Source: the human T2T-CHM13v2.0 reference genome, Homo sapiens
Length of the DNA: 64,000 nt
Reading direction: 5' to 3' (one strand)
Assembly: GCF_009914755.1 (NCBI RefSeq)
Contig: NC_060939.1
Shown here piece after piece: positions 56,401 to 64,000 of the stretch. The position numbers and the translations under genes were made by a program. Position 1 is the stretch's first letter. Each line of letters starts with the position of its first letter. The notes under the pieces are model-generated. The model was not told where the DNA came from and searched no databases. It saw nothing but the letters and a program-made list of their open reading frames with translations.

Positions 56401-56799
56401 TTGTCCACATCATGACCCTGCTATCCATTTGGGTGACCTCCACACTTTGTGTTTCCCACTTTCATATCACATGAGACTCTCAAGGAGAGAGTTTCAGGAT
56501 GGGTAAAGCTAAGAAGTAAAAATAGAAAAGGTGGTGAAAATTCAGTAGACTAGCATACAGGTTGACAGAAGAACACATTTATTTTCTAGTGGGGAGTGAT
56601 CCGTGAAGAAAGACCCGAATCAAGAAGTCTTTCAGAATTCTGGTTTTAATAGTTTCCCAAATTTACTTATTAACATTTACATTCAAGCCAGAGAGAAAAG
56701 AGAGGAAGTCATTCAAGAGAAAATTGTCACAAGAAGAGCCTATCCAATGGAAATGGCCACCTCTTATTGATCACTTACCATAGGCTGGGTGTATAGGGC

Positions 56800-56951
56800 A
56801 AGGGTCCTTAAGATTAGCTGCATAGCAGAATCACCAAGGGAACTTTTACAAATCCTGATGCCAGGGCTAACTGCAGACCAATACAGGTGGAATCCAACAT
56901 ATTTAAAGCTACATAAGTCATTTCAATGTGCAGCTAATTTTGAGAGCCACT
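56800..56951. mobile_element. MER5-like fragment
   Basis: agaatcacc..aaatcctgatgccaggg..aatgtgcagctaattttgagagccact. Confidence 0.7.
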
Positions 56952-56953
56952 TT

Positions 56954-57135
56954 CAATGGTGCTAGAGCCAGCTCTTATTAGCTCACAGAAGCCAATTATT
57001 AAATTTTCAGTAATTCTGTAAGCGAAACACATTGGCCACAGAGGGAATATTTACACCATGGAAACTTACAAATGCTGCAAATCGTTTTTTTATCTCTCTG
57101 GAGAACTAGTTTTTAAACATTTATAAACACACTGG
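56954..57135. mobile_element. MER63-like hAT-Blackjack element
   Basis: ggtgctagagccagctc..gggaatatttacaccatggaaa..aaacattta..cactgg. Confidence 0.75.
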
Positions 57136-57187
57136 TGGCCCTAAGGGGTAAACATATAACTTGCTATTTAAATCTGGGCAATTTTAA

Positions 57188-57425
57188 GACACATAGAGGG
57201 GAACAAAACATACTGGAGCCTGCCAGAGGGTGAGGGGTGTGAGGAGGTAGAGGATCAGGAAGAATAACTAACGGGTACTAGGCTTAATACCTGAGTGATG
57301 AAGTAATCTGCGTAACAAACTCCCATGACAACACAAGTTTACCTGTGTAACAAACCTGCACATGTACCCCTGAACTTAAAATAAAAGTTAAAAGAAGAAA
57401 AAGCACAAAAAAAAAGAACAGAAAG
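57188..57425 (+). mobile_element. L1PA13/14-like 3'UTR fragment with A tail, inside a MER94-like relic
   Basis: gggtactaggcttaatacctg..aacctgcacatgtacccctgaacttaaaataaaagtt. Confidence 0.9.
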
Positions 57426-58529
57426 AAGACATTGTTAATAATTATGCCAGGACAATTAGCTTGAATCAGAAATTATGATCACTTTAAGTATCTAGGTAGT
57501 TAATACTCACAATACCTATGAAAGACAGTTATCATAATGGCCATTTAATGATTAGTCAACAGTGTCTTGGGGAATTTAAGTAAGTTTCTCAAATTTCTTT
57601 CACAGAAATTAGAATTAAAGGAATCAGAATTGAAGTGAATCTGACTACACTAAGCCTATCACTTGTGACAGCCATGGGAAGATATCATTGGTTGCTGAGG
57701 AGCAGAAATAAGCAGAGACCTATTGTGTTAGGTTATCATTCATTTCAGGTACTTTATGGAGTAGCGATGGTCTAAAATAGTGAGTTTTATAGAGGATTCA
57801 TTTGAACATATTTCTGATGACTGTATAACAAGTTAGAAACTTAAAATGTAAAGATGTGGTCCTAAGGCAGAAAAATCGGAGAATAAGTGTTCCACTGAAA
57901 TGTCTTCTGTGTAACTATGTCCTGTGTGGGATGAAAAATCTATTAACACTTGATGTTTAAGAGAGAACTCAAGAATCACCTGGCTGTTAGGTATTTGTGC
58001 TCCAGGTTGGTTGAGAGGTGAGACAGAGAGGGAGAGGGAAAAGGGAAGGAGGGAGAAAGAAGGGAGAGAGGAAATGGGAGAGAGTGAGGGAGAGATGGTG
58101 ACTGAAATTAGACAGAGATGGAGGATCGTGTTATCTTGTTACCTTTCTTTTATCACTGACTATTCTACCAAACACAAGGCATATTAAAAACTATCTCCAC
58201 TCTGTACAGTCTCATTCCACACTTCTTTCCCAATTCTCAGCAGTTGAACTTGCCTCCTACTTTAGATTAAAAGTGGAAGCTGTTAGATTGGAAGTATCGA
58301 TCCTAAACCTACACACACATCCACCTACACATAACACATTCCATCTTCTCTCTCCCTATTACACTGGCAGAGCCATTTCTCCTCCTATCTAAAGTCATCT
58401 TTTCCTTCTGGCCCTTGAATTCTCCCATCCTCCACATCCATGCACTGTCAGGATCTCTCTAGTACATTTCTCTCATTCTCCCTCATTTGGATCTACTCCA
58501 TTGGCCTTTGTCATTGTTTGTTTGCCTTT

Positions 58530-58800
58530 AAAAACAACATTTTATTAGAGCTCATAATTTTATGGTCAGGAATTCTGTGGTCAGAAATTCAAGCTCCTTT
58601 TGGTTGGCCAAGTCTTCTTTTCCACCTCTTTTGACTAAGGTCACTCCATGGAATTCAGCGGGCAGATGGTCAGGCTGGGAGGTCTGCCATGGCTCTGCTC
58701 ACATGGCTGATGTCTTAATGGGGATGGCCTCAGCTGGGGTCACTGGCCACGGTACCTACAGATGGCCTCTCAAGCATGGTGGCACCTGGGTAGCCCTGCT
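58530..58800 (-). mobile_element. Old MLT1 LTR fragment
   Basis: taaaaacaacattttattag..ttctgtggtcagaaattc..gatggcctcagctggg..ggcctctcaagcatggtgg. Confidence 0.65.
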
Positions 58801-58804
58801 TCTA

Positions 58805-59632
58805 TTTAATTTTTTTTATTTTTATGATTTGTATCAATACATAATATTTGTACATATTATGGGGTACATGCAGTGTTTTGATACATGCATACAATGTGTA
58901 ATGATCAATTGGAGTATTTAGGATAGCCATCACCTCAAACATTTACCATTTCTTTGTTAAGAACATTTCAAGTCTTCTCTTCTAGCTATTTTAAAATATA
59001 AGATATGTTGTTAATTAGAGTCACCCTACTGTGCTATTGAACACTAGAACTATCCCTTCCATCAAATTGTATTTTTGTACCCATTAACAAACCTTGCTTC
59101 ATCCCTCTCACCACATCCATCTCTCCTACCACAGCCTCTGGTAACTATCATTTTCCTCTCTACCTCCATGAGATCAACTTTTTAGCTCCTACATTATGAG
59201 TAAGGACATGTAATATTTGTCTTTCTGTGCCTGGCTTATTTCACTTAACATAGTGACCTCCAGTTCCATCTATGTTGCTGCAAATAAGAAGATTTCATCT
59301 TTTTAATGGATGAATTGTATTCCATTGTGCGTACGACTCACATTTTCTTTATCTATTCATCCATGGATGGACACAGGCTGATTCCCTATCTTGACTATTG
59401 TGAATAGTGCTGCAATAAACAAGGAAGTGCAGGCATCCCTGTGATGTACTGATTTCCTTTCCTTTGGATCAATTCCCAGTGATGGGATTACTGGACTGTG
59501 TGGTAGTTCTATTTTTTCATTTCTTGAAGAAACTCTATATGGTTTTCCAATGGCTGTACTGATTTACATTACACAACAGTGTACAAGAGTTCCCTTTTCT
59601 CTGCATCCTTGCCAGCATTTGTTATTTTTGTC
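58805..59632 (-). mobile_element. L1MA 3' end fragment
   Basis: atacataatatttgtacatattatggggtacatg..gatacatgcatacaatgtgtaatgatcaa.. Confidence 0.9.
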
Positions 59633-59699
59633 CATTGGCTTTTAAGTATTCTTAAATCTCTCCTTAAAAAAAAAAAAAAAAAAAGAAAAGAAATGAAAT

Positions 59700-60790
59700 C
59701 TCACTATTCTACCAAGCCTTCACACCTCTGTTTCTTCTTTCATTCACAGTCAAATATCTTGAAAGAGCTACTTATTCTTGCTAATTTCATTTCTGTATCT
59801 CCCACTCAATCCTCAAGACCTTCTGATCTGACTTTGCTCCCTTCTTGCCCTTATCACGCCACTGAAACAGCTCTTGGTAAGGCCATCAAAACCTTCATTT
59901 ACATGATCTCTGTCTGATTGATACTTTTTATTCCTAACTTGAATATACTCACTAGAATTTGACATCCCTGCTCACTTTCTCTCTTTGGTTTCTGGTTTCC
60001 GTGACTTAACACTCCTGGTTTTCCTCCTAAATTAGTAATTGCTCCTCCTCAATGTCGTTAGAAAATTTGCCGTCTTCTACACAGCCACCAAATGCTGTTC
60101 AAAACACGGCCTGTGCCCTCTTCTCTCTGCTCTCTCACCTCTCAGTTAGCCAACCTGGAGCACAGAAACCTAACACCCAGATGATTCTTGAGTTCTCTCT
60201 TTTTCAACTGTGGCACTACCGATGTTGTGGAATGGACAATTTCTTGTTATGAAGTGGGGTTCATTATGGTAGCTGTCCTGTGTACTGCAGGTTGTTTAGC
60301 AGAATCCCTGACCTCTATCTGATAGAGGCACTCCCCTCTCACCCCTCCAAGTTGTGACAACAAAAAAATATCTACACACATCATCAAATGTTCCGTGGGA
60401 CATTTGAATCACCCTTAGTTAAGAACAACTGTTCCGCTCATTTTAGGTGAGCTCATTTACACTCATGGCTTTATTTTCCCCTGTCATACAAATAATTAAT
60501 AAATAACATCTCCATCACTGAAACCTTGTAGAGGCACCAGATGCATGTAAACATTTTCCCTCTTGATGCATTAATCTTAGAAGACTCAAAAGCATTTCAA
60601 ACTGAATATGGCCAAGAATAAATTTGTAATCTTCCTCCCCTTCCCTAAAACCTAGTACTGTTGTAGTGTCCTTTTTCTCAGTGGGTAGATTTACCATCCA
60701 TCCACTTATACAAGCTGTCAACTGAGAGTCCATCTCCAACCCCCCCTTTCTAATGCTGCAAATCAAACCATCATTGAGTTTTACTTTTTA
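59700..60790 (+). mobile_element. L2 fragments interrupted by a MER20 (~60200-60432)
   Basis: ccactgaaacagctcttg..actcctggttttcctcctaa; MER20 gttgtgacaacaaaaaaatatct..agttaagaacaactg. Confidence 0.7.
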
Positions 60791-60799
60791 GTTTTGAGA

Positions 60800-62250
60800 T
60801 ATAAAAGTTTCCTTAAACATTAGAGTAAAAGTTATATTTATAAAGGGAAACTGATACATTTAACTTCATAAAAAATAAAAACTTTTAAGATGAAAACACA
60901 GCAAAAATAACTAAAAATGATATAATTTATATGAAATAAATAACTAACAGATAAATCACGAAAAGACAAATGACCAAATAGAAAAGAAGGCAAAGGTCAG
61001 GAGTAGGCATTTCTTAAAGGAGCATCATGAATGGTGATGAACACACACACAAAAAATGTTCATTCTTATTAGTAATCAGAGAAATAGAAAAGAAAATCAT
61101 ATATAAATAAAACATTATTGTTTGATTTGCATTTGGAATTATTCCCATCCCAATTTATCTTCCTTTGCTCTTTATCTCTTCCATCAACCCATGTCTTTTA
61201 ACAGGATTACTTTTTTTAATGTCAAAGCCTCCTGTCTTAATTGTCTAGTACAGTCTGCTGCAGTCTTGTATTATTGTTTGTCTGAAAATGTCTTTGTTTC
61301 AACTTCATTTTTAAGCTGCATTTTCCTAGATCTAGTAATTTAGCAATTATTTTCTTTTGTTTCCTTGGAAATGTCATTCCATTGTTTTCCAGCTATTGTT
61401 GCTTTTGAGACAGCAGTTGTAATTCTATGGTTTCAATAAAAGTAATGTCTTTTTAAAAAAATTTTCTGCTGCTTTTAAGATTTTCTCTTTGACTTGATAT
61501 TCAGCAGTTTCACTCTGATGTATTTAGCTGAATATCTATTTTTATTTATCCTGTTGGGTACCACTGAGTTTCTTGAATCTGTAGGTTGAAGCTTTTGCCT
61601 TGTTAAGGAAAACTCTGAGCTGTTATCTCTTCAAATATTGCCTCATTTTTAACTTTCTGTTCTTCTGGGACCACAATTTTTCAAGTAAAGGCTAGATCTC
61701 ATGGAATCTACTATATCTTTTCATACTATTCTAATTTTTCCACCTTTGTGTCCTTTTTATGCTATATTCTAGATGATTTCTTCTGAGTTATCTTCTAGTT
61801 TAAAATTTTCCTTATGGCTATATGTAATCTAATGTAAAACCTACTCTTTGAGTAATTGATTTTGATTATTGTACCTTAGGCTTAGAAGTTTAGTTTCATT
61901 CTTTAGTTTATAATATGCTATATTATATTTTATCATTTTTTGTTTGCTGTTACATTTTCAAGCTTACCTTTGTTTCTCTGCACATAGTACAATCACTTAT
62001 TTTAAAGACTGATCACACAAAATTTAAATATTTTGTGGGTCAGCTTCTCTTTTTTGTTGGCTCTTGCTCATGATGTCTTTCGTTTCTCTGTTACCTGGAA
62101 ATCTTTAACTCTATATAGTTATTTGTAGAAATAATTTGAATATCTTTAAATAAATACCTTACTTAAGGGAAGATTTGGATTTGCTTCTGAGAAACTCGTA
62201 GGGAAGTACTAACTCAGATAGATCTTAAAACAAATTCAAGGCTGGAGGAT
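60800..62250. mobile_element. Ancient L1M fragments (sense ORF2 piece ~60800-61110; antisense ORF1-like piece ~61180-62250)
   Basis: aaatagaaaagaaggcaaagg..cattcttattagtaatcagagaaat; gtctgaaaatgtctttgtttc..tcattccattgttttccagc. Confidence 0.65.
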
Positions 62251-63099
62251 CACTGGGAGATCTACAGATGAAACTTGGTTACAATTCCTCCTAAGGACTG
62301 GGCCTCTTCTCATTCATTCTTATCCTGACTACATTGTGTTGAATCTTCCTATTGTTCAATTTCCGCATCTGTAAAATAGGCAAAAGAATACCTAGCTTGC
62401 TGATTTGTTGTAAAAATTAGAGGTAGCAAGCGTTGATACAGGAAAGTGATTTTTTTAGACTATTGTGGATAAATATCAACAGATGTTATGAACTAATTGG
62501 CTTGAATGTGTTTGATAACATAGGATGCTGTATCTATTCTAATTTTGTATTTCGTTGCTGCTTTAAATTTACTGAGAAACTACTCTTTTCATAGCTTTGA
62601 CCCTTTTATACACATATTTGTAATCTTGAGCAACCAATATTGATGGATCTCTGCTGTGAGAGAGATGGTCCTTTAAGGAAATGTCATAAATACTTGATTT
62701 TGATGTTTCTATTTTTAAAATTTTGCAGTATTCACGGTAACTAGCCAATTTTAAGATATGAATACTATGTCAAGGATTTACTTTTTCTAACATTTAGTAC
62801 TTGGAGTGGACAGAATGTATTTTAAGAAAAGATTTCTCCCTGTCTTAGTTGTTCCCCTTTGGCCTGTGAAGAGTGGAACAGGAGTTACACAAATAGAGAT
62901 GATTGCCTCTCCATCCTGACAAAGTATGATAAAGACCACCGAAGTGTTGTACGCAAGAAAGCACAGGATGGCTGGGATGAGTGAACTATGTATCCCAGGT
63001 TTTACTTAGGCCTCAGCATCCAGTGGTAACCCTGTCAATTCTTTGCTCTCTCTGATCATTTGCAAGTATTGAGAGGAAGACACTATTTTGGGGTTAATT

Positions 63100-63885
63100 A
63101 GAATCATACAGTATTTATCTTTTGTGACTGGTTTATTTCATTGGTTTAATATCCTCAAGCTTCATCCACGTAGCAGTATATGCCAAAATTTCCTTCCTTT
63201 TTAGAGCAGAATATTTCATTGAATGCATGTGTCATATTTGGCTTATCTATTCATCTGTTGATGGACAATTCCATTGCTTTCATGTTTTAGGTTTTGTGAA
63301 TAATGCTGTTACTAACATTGGTTTACAAATACATTGCTGAGACCCTACTTTCAGTTCTTTTGGTTATATACTTAGAACTGGAATTGCTGAATCATATGGT
63401 AATTCTATTTTTTAATTTTTTGAAGAACTTCCACACTGTTGCTCTAACTTCTATTATTTATTTGCTTCTGCTAGCTTTAGGTTTAGTTTATTCTTTTTAT
63501 GGTATCTTAAAGTATGAAGCTAAGTTACTAACTTGGAATCATCCTTTTTTAAATTGATACATAATATTTTACATGTTTATGGGGTATATGTGGGTACATT
63601 TCTTACACGCATAGAATGTGTAATGATCAAGTCAGGGTATTGGGAGCGTCCATTGCCTTGAGTATTTATCATTTTTGTGTGTTGGGAACATTTCGAGCCC
63701 TCTCTTCTAGCTACTTTAAAATATATAATGCACTGTTGCTAACTATAGTCACCCCGCTCTGCTATCAAACATTAGAGCTTATTTATTTTAACTGTATGTT
63801 TATACTCATTAAATAATTTCTCTTCATCCTTCCTCCCACCCACACTCTTCCCATCCTCTGGTATCTGGCATTTTATTAATCACTT
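63100..63885 (-). mobile_element. L1MB-like fragment (~63100-63545) followed by an L1MA 3' end (~63545-63885)
   Basis: gaatcatacagtatttatcttttgtgactgg; attgatacataatattttacatgtttatggggt. Confidence 0.8.
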
Positions 63886-63891
63886 TCATGA

Positions 63892-64000
63892 TTTTTTTTT
63901 TTTTTTTGAGATAGAGTCTCTCTCTGTTGCCCAGGCTGGAGTGCCATGGCAAGATCTCGGCTCACTGCAAACTCTGCCTCCTGGGTTCAAGCAAGTCTCC
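63892..64000 (-). mobile_element. Alu, partial (runs off the window)
   Basis: Poly-T followed by gagatagagtctc..cccaggctggagtgc. Confidence 0.95.

Overview
Primate (very probably human) genomic DNA with the character of an intergenic region or large intron. It is roughly two-thirds interspersed repeats. I find no intact protein-coding gene, rRNA, tRNA, CpG island or CRISPR array, and most of the supplied ORFs are repeat-derived or chance ORFs. The contents are: a near full-length but inactivated old L1PA (PA15/16-like, ~650-7250); a disabled RPL39 processed pseudogene on the minus strand (~12781-13180); about 16 Alus; solo LTRs (MaLR MLT1/MST/THE1, ERVL MLT2A and LTR33/41-like, ERV1 MER4- and MER66-like); DNA transposon relics (MER5, MER20, MER81, MER63, Tigger3, MER44); and L1M, L2 and MIR fossils. 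Two structures stand out. (i) A ~158-bp insertion inside an L1 3' end (51809-51966) is an inverted copy of DNA ~1.4 kb downstream in this window, i.e. a locally templated insertion. (ii) A 1.1-kb L1PA (34090-35230) keeps both termini but lacks ~5 kb internally, and its first break falls at the position of the conserved L1 +97 splice donor, making it a candidate spliced L1 (SpIRE-like). Repeat subfamily names come from recalled consensus sequences and need RepeatMasker/Dfam confirmation. I see no evidence for a novel gene system.
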